From Ktedonobacterales bacterium (lineage in GTDB: Bacteria > Chloroflexota > Ktedonobacteria > Ktedonobacterales > JACDGC01), in contig JACDGC010000002.1 of the NCBI GenBank assembly GCA_013815535.1, positions 1 to 54,102 on the forward strand: a stretch of DNA of 54,102 nucleotides, read 5' to 3'. The notes beneath the pieces are model-generated. The model worked only from the letters and a program-made list of their open reading frames with translations, made no database searches and was not told the origin of the DNA. Shown here one piece after another: positions 9,752 through 18,150 of the stretch (the first letter of the stretch is position 1; each line of letters begins with the position of its first letter). The position numbers and the translations under genes were made by a program.

Positions 9752-10417
9752 TTATTCCTCGGCATCGAGGGGGGCGAGAAAGGTGGTAAAGCGTTCCCAG
9801 GCGCGCCGGTCCACCTCATCGATGGCATCCGTGCGTTGCAACCGATACTGGGGGGGGCGTACTTCGAGCCACTGGCGGCGCATCAGATACGCCATCCGTT
9901 CGGCCTGGACTTCGCGGACATGATCGTAGCAGGAACGTTTCAGCGCCGCGCTGATTTCCACGGCGGTGAGGTCATCATTGTTCGTGCCGTTGACCCCATG
10001 CTGCACATGTCCCAATAAGAGATGGCCAAGTTCATGCAAGATCGTCTGCATCCCTAAGATGGGATGGGCCTGTTCGGCAAAATAGATCGTGTCATGGGTG
10101 GGACGAGCGATCACCAGGCCGGAAATGGTGGGGGTAAACGGGAACGCAATGAGGTGGATCGGGCGGTGGCGCCACTGCGCGATGTGATCGCATAAGGCGG
10201 CACTGTCGGGGCTGACGCGAAAAACCCCGGCCTGGTCAAGGGCTTGTAAGCAGTGACGCAGCTGCTGCGTATTGGAGTGCCAGGCAGCGAGCGTCTGCCA
10301 TTCCTCCCACACCCGGTCTCGGCCAATGCGGCCGACCGCTAAGACCGAAGCGAGGGTGCGCTGGGAGCGTGTTCGCGTTTTTTCACGCCATTCCGTCGAT
10401 TCCCGAAGCAAGTTCAT
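9752..10417 (-). CDS. ImmA/IrrE-type zinc metallopeptidase
   Basis: HELGHLLLGH (HEXXH) in a roughly 220-aa protein directly downstream of an HTH gene. Confidence 0.75.
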   Translation of the reverse strand: MNLLRESTEWREKTRTRSQRTLASVLAVGRIGRDRVWEEWQTLAAWHSNTQQLRHCLQALDQAGVFRVSPDSAALCDHIAQWRHRPIHLIAFPFTPTISGLVIARPTHDTIYFAEQAHPILGMQTILHELGHLLLGHVQHGVNGTNNDDLTAVEISAALKRSCYDHVREVQAERMAYLMRRQWLEVRPPQYRLQRTDAIDEVDRRAWERFTTFLAPLDAEE

Positions 10418-10486
10418 ACCGACTAGGGCTCCTCATCCCCGCATCCCTGCACATCCTCCACGTTGCTGCGCCATCGGCGCGATTCG

Positions 10487-11203
10487 TTATGTCTGTCGTT
10501 TCGGTGTTTTCGCTTTGGTCCCTTTGCCAGGCGGATTGGTCGCGACCGATTCGCGAATGAGGTGTTCAATGGCTCGCCGTTGCGGTTCAGGCACGGCGCG
10601 CAGATGAGCCAGAATTTCGAGGCCGCCATCGAAGGTGGGATCCGCCGTCATCGTTTCCAGCAGGCGTCGTTGCGATTCGCTGAGACCACGCAGAAAGCTG
10701 AGTAATTCCCCTTCTTCGGTTTGGCTTTGCAGCTGACGCAACTGATCGAGGGTGAGTTGATCCGTGATGGGTGTCCCTCGCAGGGCTATTGATGCTTGCC
10801 TATCACCAGCAATAGTCACCCCTGGTGATGGTTCTTGGACCTGCTGCTGCAGGTTCCCACGCGCTGAGATCAGCGCGCGTTGTCGCTCCATATCGGTATC
10901 GAGAAAGAAGTCCAACTCGATGCCAAAGACCTGGCAGAGATACAAGGCGAGCTGTAAGGTGACGATCACTTTCTTTCGGCCGGTGGTCAAATTGAGAAAA
11001 TGGGGATAGGTAAACTGAAAACCGGGATGTTGGGCGTGAATCTGGTCGACAATCATCCGCAGGGTGCGTTTAACCCAGTGGCCCTTCTTCAACACCCGAA
11101 GGTTGTCAATGAGCCAGTTCAGTTGCTCACGAAAGCGCTCCTCGTCAAAATCTTGAGCGAAACGCTGTTGTGCTGTTCCGGGTGTCGCATTACTCACGAT
11201 CAA
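10487..11203 (-). CDS. XRE-like helix-turn-helix regulator with extended C-terminal domain
   Basis: HTH-like segment LRMIVDQIH...TLQLALYLCQVFGIELDFFL. The start is uncertain (TTG 11203 or GTG 11197, with GGAG 8 nt upstream of the latter). Confidence 0.65.
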   Translation of the reverse strand: MIVSNATPGTAQQRFAQDFDEERFREQLNWLIDNLRVLKKGHWVKRTLRMIVDQIHAQHPGFQFTYPHFLNLTTGRKKVIVTLQLALYLCQVFGIELDFFLDTDMERQRALISARGNLQQQVQEPSPGVTIAGDRQASIALRGTPITDQLTLDQLRQLQSQTEEGELLSFLRGLSESQRRLLETMTADPTFDGGLEILAHLRAVPEPQRRAIEHLIRESVATNPPGKGTKAKTPKRQT

Positions 11204-11371
11204 CTCTCCAAGTGAACAGGTCGAGGTCCGCCGTCAGTTTCCTCGCCTGCTCAGACTATACCAGATTATATCATCTGTAGGCTAGTTATTGAGAAATAAT
11301 AGCCCTCTCTACCCATTCTTGTGTCCTATAGGTGATAACGATACAGAGGTAAAAAATACCTATTCGACCCA

Positions 11372-11376
11372 ACCAA
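11372..11376. repeat. target-site duplication ACCAA (left copy)
   Basis: Identical pentamer immediately outside both transposon termini (11372-11376 and 40778-40782). Confidence 0.8.
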
Positions 11377-11444
11377 TGTCGGATCTCAGAATTCATGTCA
11401 CTAGTATCAGAATTCGTGGCACCACGTCTCAAAATTCGTGACAC
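11377..11444. repeat. tns-proximal end: three tightly phased TnsB-type binding-site repeats
   Basis: ATCTCAGAATTCATGTCAC (11383), GTATCAGAATTCGTGGCAC (11404) and GTCTCAAAATTCGTGACAC (11426), with 21-22 bp spacing. Confidence 0.8.
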
Positions 11445-11541
11445 TGGTCTCATCCTCAGGATCTCTGGCACAACCCCGCAATGTTCAAGCGGGAAGTAGT
11501 GAAGCGATTGCTGAGATTCCTGGCACACAAAGGAGGATGAG

Positions 11542-11596
11542 GTGATATGAATTCTGAGATCGGACATCCGGTGTCCGATCTCAGAATTCATGCGAC
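11542..11596. repeat. back-to-back transposon termini separated by 5 bp (internal junction)
   Basis: GTGATATGAATTCTGAGATCGGACA (ends 11566) + TCCGG + TGTCCGATCTCAGAATTCATGCGAC (starts 11572). This is a near-perfect 20+5+20 palindrome that includes the terminal ACA/TGT. Confidence 0.8.
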
Positions 11597-11672
11597 CATG
11601 CTCATGTGATTGCGGACAGATATGCCCCCATAGCGCAAAGAGGAAGGGCAGCTCTTAGCTATTGGTTCCTGC

Positions 11673-13877
11673 CTAACGGTATAACAGTTGTTCAGGGGTT
11701 ACTCCCAGCGCGACCGCCAGTCGCTCTACGGTTGGTTTGGTGGCTCGTCGCGTACAGTTTTCGAGTGTGCGGATGAACTCGGTGCGCATTCTCATTCTTC
11801 CGGCCAACTCCGTTTGGTCCCATTTCCGTCTCTTGCGCCACTCTGCAAGCAAAGGAACATACTGATTTTTTGGGAGGGCCACCAGCGTCCCATTCCATTC
11901 GCTGGCAAGCTGTTTCACCAGCGATTGAACTTGAGCGATGCGCTGCTGATGGTCGTGTTCATCCTCTCTTTGTGCAGATACGTCTGGCTCGGGTGATGCT
12001 CCCCTTCTTCGCTTTTTGGGAGTCGGCAAGGAGATGAGTGACCAGTGTTCACGCATCGCACTCAAGATGGAACGCCGCAATACAAGGAAATATTGGTCTC
12101 CAACACGGAGCCGTGCGGCGACCAACGTTGGAAGATACCGCTGCCACTCCTGCATCTCCCCAGCGGTCATCCCGTGTTCGCGTATCGCTTCGCCGGCAAA
12201 TTGATAGGTGGTGTGAAACCGCAGCACTGCCTGCCGTGGAATGACAGGCGCCGCAGTTCGTCCCGGTGACGCACGCAACAATCCCCGCTTGAGCAAGGTC
12301 GGAATACAAGCCACAGGACAGCCCAGGTCCTCGGCCACTTCCTCAGCGGTGCATTCTGTGGAGGGAGGATGCTCCACGAAGGACATGGTGGCCTCCACCA
12401 TCGCAGGGAGCGCCAGGACGTGGCAGAGACGCGAGCCCGGTTCTTCAACCCACAGTGGCAACCGGTGGACCAACACGGCCTCGATCAGGGCAGCGATACT
12501 ATCCGGCTCGTGGTCACACAGTCGGATACATGGGTCAGGACGTGCTGCCGCAGGAGCCTGAACGCAGGCCATGATTTGGTCAACCCCGGCCATGATGGCT
12601 TCCCATCTGAACCAGTAGATGAGCCGTGCCGCCGTCATCGCTAATCCCGCTGGGTGGAGAATATTCCGTTCCACGAGCCCATGGACGGTGGCCAGAGGCA
12701 CCCCCAGGATGTGTTCGGCGAGCCAGCGATCCATGACCCACTCGCCATGAGCAGGCTGGTGAGGCGGAAGTGTCACAAAGTACTGCTTCTTGAGGGCTGT
12801 GCGGGGACTCGGCGACCAGCGCCGTGCGGACGGTTGCCAGGATACGAGAGGACGTTCCTGGCGCAGGAAATCGGCGAAGGACTCGCGCAACCATGGGTAC
12901 GCTGGCGCGCGCTGGTGCCACTGCAACAACCAGCTCGAGAAGGCGACAAAGAGCCGTTCCTGATCCAGGGTGTGGAGGGTTTGCATGATACGAACGGGCC
13001 AGTGTGCCAGCAGGTCATAGCTGTAGGTGAGAATCGTACACCAGCGCGCAAAGTCGGGATAGTCGTAGCGCCCCCCTCCTCTTGCCGCGGTCCGCCGTTG
13101 CAGATGGCCCTCCGCCACTCCCGTATGCTTCCAGAAGAACTGACAGAGATCTTGCACGAATGCAAGGCTGAGCCAGTGTGGCAGCGCGTTCCAAGGCGCT
13201 TGCTGCCACACGGCTGGGAGCGGCGGCAAAGGGATCGTGTGGTTTCCTAGGCGATGCAGCAACCATAGGTTGCCGCTGTAGAGCATGGCCGGTGCCGCCA
13301 CAGCCACAACGGTTCGTAAATCGATGCCGCATGCGCCGCAATGAGCGAGATCGGGGCGCGTCATCGCCAAAGGCGCACCACAGGTCGGGCAGGCGTCGAG
13401 GAGCAGTGTCCCATGCCAGGGACAGGTGACGAGTTCCCGTAATCCCCAGTACACACGCCCGTAAGGAATCGGTCCCGCCAGACAACTTGGACAGACGCGC
13501 CCAGTCGGGTGGGGTAAGACGTAGTGTTTCAGCAAGTTCAACGGGAGGAAAGGATAATCCAGGGGCATCGCTTCTGCCACTTGTTGCTCAGCAGGACTCA
13601 ACCAACTCCGGCTCCACCGATGGACCGTGCAGGCTATGAGATCAGGAATGTCTTGATGGAGCAATTGCGCCAGCAACTGATAATCGCGATACCCGGTTAA
13701 GTGGGTGAGGGTGGCGGCGTGGATCTGATGCGTGCTGAGTTCAGGGCGCAAAATGAACGCCGTTTGCTGGTAGCCCATCGCGGTAGCACTTCGGCGCACC
13801 AGCGACTGGAGGTCTTCATCCGGTTGGCGTTCCACTCGGGCAGGCAGCGGAGCAGCGACGAACGGTGTAATCATCAT
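11673..13877 (-). CDS. tniQ: TniQ/TnsD-family target-selection protein with C-terminal XRE-type HTH (734 aa)
   Basis: ATG 13877 overlaps the tnsC TGA (ATGA). Cys-rich zinc-ribbon region CPSC..CPWH..CPTCGAP..CGACG. C-terminal WDQTELAGRMRMRTEFIRTLENCTRR..LAVALGVTPEQLLYR. Positioned after tnsC. Confidence 0.85.
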   Translation of the reverse strand: MMITPFVAAPLPARVERQPDEDLQSLVRRSATAMGYQQTAFILRPELSTHQIHAATLTHLTGYRDYQLLAQLLHQDIPDLIACTVHRWSRSWLSPAEQQVAEAMPLDYPFLPLNLLKHYVLPHPTGRVCPSCLAGPIPYGRVYWGLRELVTCPWHGTLLLDACPTCGAPLAMTRPDLAHCGACGIDLRTVVAVAAPAMLYSGNLWLLHRLGNHTIPLPPLPAVWQQAPWNALPHWLSLAFVQDLCQFFWKHTGVAEGHLQRRTAARGGGRYDYPDFARWCTILTYSYDLLAHWPVRIMQTLHTLDQERLFVAFSSWLLQWHQRAPAYPWLRESFADFLRQERPLVSWQPSARRWSPSPRTALKKQYFVTLPPHQPAHGEWVMDRWLAEHILGVPLATVHGLVERNILHPAGLAMTAARLIYWFRWEAIMAGVDQIMACVQAPAAARPDPCIRLCDHEPDSIAALIEAVLVHRLPLWVEEPGSRLCHVLALPAMVEATMSFVEHPPSTECTAEEVAEDLGCPVACIPTLLKRGLLRASPGRTAAPVIPRQAVLRFHTTYQFAGEAIREHGMTAGEMQEWQRYLPTLVAARLRVGDQYFLVLRRSILSAMREHWSLISLPTPKKRRRGASPEPDVSAQREDEHDHQQRIAQVQSLVKQLASEWNGTLVALPKNQYVPLLAEWRKRRKWDQTELAGRMRMRTEFIRTLENCTRRATKPTVERLAVALGVTPEQLLYR

Positions 13878-14806
13878 GCCCCCTTGAAGGCGGGGGTGAA
13901 GGGGTTGTCTTTGTTCTTGCCCATGATTGTCCCGGCCACACGCTCTTGATACGCCGCCGCGAGTAGTTCCAAAGAAATGCCATGGCACGGCGTGCGAATC
14001 GCGGCAAACGCCGCATGCCGCACGAGATGCATCACCCAGCCCAGGTAACCATTGGTGGCATAGAAGAAGCGATAGGCCATCGCTTCTTCGCCCAAGCCGC
14101 TGGGGTCGAGCGGTAACGCCGCATCGATGGTTCCCAGCAATTCACAGAATTCCGCAATGGTATCGTCCGGGCGAGCGCGATCCCACATGAAGGGGGTGAG
14201 CAGGCGCGGCGTGCCAAAACGCCGGTCGAGTTGGCTGTTGGCTGCGAAGATCTCCTGCATCTCCTGCGTGTGCCCAACGACGACCATCGGCACATGGGTT
14301 TCGAGTAAAATCGTCTTGAAGAAATCGGCCACCCGATGCGCGATTTGATGCTGCCGTTCTTTGTTGATGAGGTGCTGAAGTTCATCGATGATCACCATCT
14401 GGACTTGGCAGGCAGCCATCAGACGATAGATACGCATCGTCATGTTCCATTCCGTCCCGCGTGACGGGTTGGGATCGTGCAGCTTCGTCAGGATTGCCGC
14501 CGCCGCCGCTTTCATACTGGCATACGCCGGCACGATGACATAGAGATACGGAATGATCGTGGCCGTGGGAGTTTCTCGCTCGGGGGTGCGCGTCAGCCAA
14601 GTCCGTATCAAGGTCGATTTCCCCGCGCCGGTGTCGCCCATGATGGCAAGACACGGGGGCTCGTGGATACGGCTGGTGAGGCCGACCCGCGCGTACTGCG
14701 TGATCTCGCGGTACAGGGCATTAAACCGCTCATGCTCAATCAAGATGCTGTCGACCAGCGCGTAGCGCGCGTCGTCAGACAGGGCTTGCCATTCCTCGTG
14801 TTCCAT
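13874..14806 (-). CDS. tnsC: TnsC/TniB-type AAA+ transposition ATPase (310 aa)
   Basis: Walker A MGDTGAGKST and Walker B VQMVIIDELQHL. Size and position match TniB-like regulators. Confidence 0.85.
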   Translation of the reverse strand: MEHEEWQALSDDARYALVDSILIEHERFNALYREITQYARVGLTSRIHEPPCLAIMGDTGAGKSTLIRTWLTRTPERETPTATIIPYLYVIVPAYASMKAAAAAILTKLHDPNPSRGTEWNMTMRIYRLMAACQVQMVIIDELQHLINKERQHQIAHRVADFFKTILLETHVPMVVVGHTQEMQEIFAANSQLDRRFGTPRLLTPFMWDRARPDDTIAEFCELLGTIDAALPLDPSGLGEEAMAYRFFYATNGYLGWVMHLVRHAAFAAIRTPCHGISLELLAAAYQERVAGTIMGKNKDNPFTPAFKGA

Positions 14807-14809
14807 TAT

Positions 14810-17197
14810 TCAGACCTTTCGGCGCGGCAGCGTGTAGCTCACGGTCATCGTGGTAGGGCGCGCGGGAGGCGACAGCGGAACGGGAGCAGCCGACTCGACT
14901 GGTGCCATGGCCGCATCCGTTCCCGGTTTGCCACGCTTCTTGGGTTTGGGGGTCGGGGTGGCCTCCGGTTCGGCGGCAGGGAGGACCTCCAAGACGGGGG
15001 CCGCGACGTTGGCGAGCAACGTGACCCCTGCAACCATCTCAGGCAGCATGCTCCCATTGGTTGCGAGGGCGGCGATTCCCACCACCTCTGGGGACGCGAC
15101 CGTCGGTACCAGTGCGTCGCCGAAGGCGGGCGGAGTGGCCTGCGCGAGGGATAGCTCCTGGACCAGCGGGGCAGTACCTGCCGGGGGTGGCTGCAACCAC
15201 CCCGTGACCTGGAGATCGAACCAGCGCGCTGCACCCATGCGCGACTTCACCTGTTTCTTGCGGCGGAATTCATCCGTGATCTTGACATGGATGCGGTGCT
15301 TCGCTTCGAGCAAGGCTTCGAGATCAATGTCCTGGCGGAGTTCCTCGCGCGCGTACCGTTTGATCACGCGATGTTTCCACTGCGTGAGCTGGCGCGTGTA
15401 CTCTTGGAACTGGCGTGCCGCAGGGACTTCCAGATAGCGTTTGGTGAGCGGGTCCATGACCCAGATGCGCGCGAGGTCCCCCGGATTGTACTTGAACGAA
15501 ACCGCGATATCAACCAGGCGCTTCGCATCTCTGGTGCCTCTTCCCGGCTGCTGATCAAGGCGTGCCCGCAACCCCATGAGCGGGAGGCTAAAATAGCAGA
15601 TATCGTCAAACCAGATCCCCGTCCCCACAATGCAGCGGGTTTCGATGCGGGTGAGCAGCGTGAGCAGTTCCTCCCGATTCACCGGGAGGTGCGGCGTGAA
15701 ACGATCCACCAGGGCACGCTCCCACAGGCGGGCCGGCACCCCTTTCACGCGCCCGCGATGCGCGTCCTGGGTATAGACGTCGACAATCCACTGTATGCAG
15801 AGCTCCCACAAGCGATCCAAGGAGATGCAGGCATAGCGGGAGGGATCGTAATCGTCGCGCGCCAGGAAGTTGGAGAAGGTCGTCCCCGGCATAGTATGAA
15901 TCAGATCGGCCTGCATATCCCCGATGAACTTTTCGATCCCGCCTTTGAACCAGGGGGTACGGCGGGGCATACGGTGGACGGTGATTCCCAGTTGGTAACA
16001 GGCCAGTTCCACGTCGGTCGAGCGGAATTCGGGGCCGTTGTCGATGGCGAGCAACTCGGGAACGCCCCACGCCAAGTAGTCATGCTGGAGGCCAAACTGC
16101 GCCTTGAGGTGGGTCTTGGGCAGCATGCCGAAGCCCAGGCATTCCAGCACCGCACGCACGTTGGGGGGTTCGAACGAGATGCGCACCCCGGGCGGATAAT
16201 AGCTGTAGCGGTCGCGGAGCGCCGTAAATAATGGACGCCCAATTGGCAGCCCATCATCGGGATCAATCACGAGGTAATCGAGCTTCGTGTGGTCTTCTTC
16301 CCACCGTTCATTGGGACGTGTCGGCTCCGGGCCGCCATTGATGCCGGCATATTTGCGTTCGGTATGCGCGACGCCCAACCGTGCGATATCAATGTCTTCT
16401 TGATCCAACCGTTCGACGATCCGATACATCGTCGAACGGCTCGGCATGGGGATGTGCGTCTCCGCCGTGCGGGTCGTGTTTTTCGTAGCAATCCGGCTGC
16501 ACATCTCGTCATACGCTGTCTGGATCGTTGGCTGCTGGCGCTGCTTGTACACGTCTGTCAGGGCATCTTGAAAGGCGGTCTGGGCTTCGGGATGCAGGTG
16601 CGCTTTACGGCCTTGGCGTTCACGTCCGTGCCGCAGCGCGCGGGGATCGCCATGCGCGACGGTCAGCGCCTGTAACCACCGATAGACCGTCCGCAGCGCC
16701 AGCGTTGGCCGTCGTGCCGATGCCCCTTGCGTGGGATCGGTGCCTTTCGGTGCTGTGTGATGTGCATACGTGCGGAGCGTCAGCATCCAGGCTTCGGGTT
16801 GTTCATCGGCTTGCACCCTCAGCACTTCATCGATGCGGGCTTGGACCACCGCGTGCGTGCGGTGCCGTCGGGGGAGGGCGAGGAGTGGTTGACAGAACTG
16901 GTATTTTGCCCAGATGAGTATCCGCTCTGCTTCTGGCAGGAAATCCAGGTCGGTGAATGCATAGGATGTTGCCAGGGGCTGCGCGTCCTCCTGGCGCAGA
17001 TTGTTCCCGTGGAGCGCGAAGCGCAGCGTCCCGGCAAGCCAGGCATCGAGGAGGATCGCACGGGTCGTTCCGGTCTCATCATGCGTCATGAGATTGCGCG
17101 CGAAGATCGAGCCATCCCGCCCGGTGGCGATGATGCGATAGCCCACCCCTTGCAGGGTGTATTCCATGCCAGTTTCAAAGGCAACGGGTTGGGGCAT
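14810..17197 (-). CDS. tnsB: TnsB-type DDE (rve) transposase
   Basis: DDE triad context WEEDHTKLDYLVID / LAIDNGPEFRS / FKGGIEKFIG. ATG 17197 with GGAAAGGAG upstream. Pro/Ala-rich C-terminal tail. Confidence 0.9.
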   Translation of the reverse strand: MPQPVAFETGMEYTLQGVGYRIIATGRDGSIFARNLMTHDETGTTRAILLDAWLAGTLRFALHGNNLRQEDAQPLATSYAFTDLDFLPEAERILIWAKYQFCQPLLALPRRHRTHAVVQARIDEVLRVQADEQPEAWMLTLRTYAHHTAPKGTDPTQGASARRPTLALRTVYRWLQALTVAHGDPRALRHGRERQGRKAHLHPEAQTAFQDALTDVYKQRQQPTIQTAYDEMCSRIATKNTTRTAETHIPMPSRSTMYRIVERLDQEDIDIARLGVAHTERKYAGINGGPEPTRPNERWEEDHTKLDYLVIDPDDGLPIGRPLFTALRDRYSYYPPGVRISFEPPNVRAVLECLGFGMLPKTHLKAQFGLQHDYLAWGVPELLAIDNGPEFRSTDVELACYQLGITVHRMPRRTPWFKGGIEKFIGDMQADLIHTMPGTTFSNFLARDDYDPSRYACISLDRLWELCIQWIVDVYTQDAHRGRVKGVPARLWERALVDRFTPHLPVNREELLTLLTRIETRCIVGTGIWFDDICYFSLPLMGLRARLDQQPGRGTRDAKRLVDIAVSFKYNPGDLARIWVMDPLTKRYLEVPAARQFQEYTRQLTQWKHRVIKRYAREELRQDIDLEALLEAKHRIHVKITDEFRRKKQVKSRMGAARWFDLQVTGWLQPPPAGTAPLVQELSLAQATPPAFGDALVPTVASPEVVGIAALATNGSMLPEMVAGVTLLANVAAPVLEVLPAAEPEATPTPKPKKRGKPGTDAAMAPVESAAPVPLSPPARPTTMTVSYTLPRRKV

Positions 17198-17837
17198 CAG
17201 CGGCTCCTTTCCACGCGATGATCGTCTCGGCGAGATGCAGCGGCTGGGTGAGGTCGGCGGACAGGATGCCATCGTACAGCAGCGCCAGGACATGCGTGCG
17301 ATCTAGCAACGGATCGAGTTGGGGGCAGTGCTCCATGAGGGTGGCGATCGAGCACTGCCCCCCAATGTCGTGCATCACCCGGAGCACGATCTCCCGCACC
17401 TCCGGTGGCACGGGATGATGGGCATGACTCAGGAGCAGACGCAGATTGTCGAGCAGGGGGGCGAAAGGAAGAAGCGTGGCATCGGTCACCACCACGAACG
17501 TCCACTGCTGTGCGGCACACCATAGCCGCGCCGCCGTCCACTTGAGGGCATTTTTGGGGTCGCTTACCTGATGTTGCGGCTTGCATTCCACGAGGGTCGT
17601 GGTCCCGCTCCGCCAGCGCACGAGTACGTCAGGGGTGTAAGGATGATCGTGGTGATTGGCGCGGTAGCGAATAGTACAGGGCTGCTCCTCGTACCATACG
17701 ACCTCGGGGGCATACTCAATGAGGCGAATGTAACGTTCCTCAATCAGACTCTCGAAATGGACCATCCGCCCTAATTTGCGACTGGGGACACCACCAATGA
17801 TGTTGTGCCCAATCTGCTGCACCTGGCGTACAGGCAT
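17175..17837 (-). CDS. tnsA: TnsA endonuclease
   Basis: FESLIEERYIRLIE...YTPDVLVRW...TLVECKP (restriction-endonuclease-like E/D/K core). ATG 17837 is preceded by AGGAAAGGAGGAAAACG. The 3' end overlaps tnsB by 23 nt. Confidence 0.85.
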   Translation of the reverse strand: MPVRQVQQIGHNIIGGVPSRKLGRMVHFESLIEERYIRLIEYAPEVVWYEEQPCTIRYRANHHDHPYTPDVLVRWRSGTTTLVECKPQHQVSDPKNALKWTAARLWCAAQQWTFVVVTDATLLPFAPLLDNLRLLLSHAHHPVPPEVREIVLRVMHDIGGQCSIATLMEHCPQLDPLLDRTHVLALLYDGILSADLTQPLHLAETIIAWKGAADAPTRCL

Positions 17838-18150
17838 CGTTTTCCTCCTTTCCTGGCGCGGGTCTTCAGCACCATCAACGCATTCCCGCGCCTTTTTGTT
17901 GGATAGCGCCAAGAGGAGCACAGGGTAGCTGGGAAGGGCATGTCCGAGCATGATTGGTGGCCAGAAAGGCGGCGTGCATGGCATGCGCTTGTCCCCTCAT
18001 CTCTGCTTGGCATCGCAGGTTGGAAGCGCACGCCTCGCACTGCTGTTCCACCCGGGAAACGGTGCACTGCACAACGTTTCGATGTGCGGCCTAGATCATG
18101 CGCTTCATCCCCTGGCTAACCGCTCTGAGCATCTTGCACTTCAACCATGC

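Noticed and set aside
11286-11591. Track ORF (101 aa, minus strand) spanning the transposon end.
   Set aside because: It is built entirely from the TnsB-site repeats and the terminus palindrome; the peptide even repeats MNSEI..H. An artefact of repeat sequence.
15287-16231. Large antisense ORFs inside well-supported genes (for example 15287..16231, 1097..1960, 22677..23336, 23855..24574, 25219..25824, 42228..42887, 43120..43791).
   Set aside because: These are typical high-GC shadow ORFs: Arg/Gly/Pro-rich, no motifs, no RBS, and each lies opposite a gene with strong family signatures.
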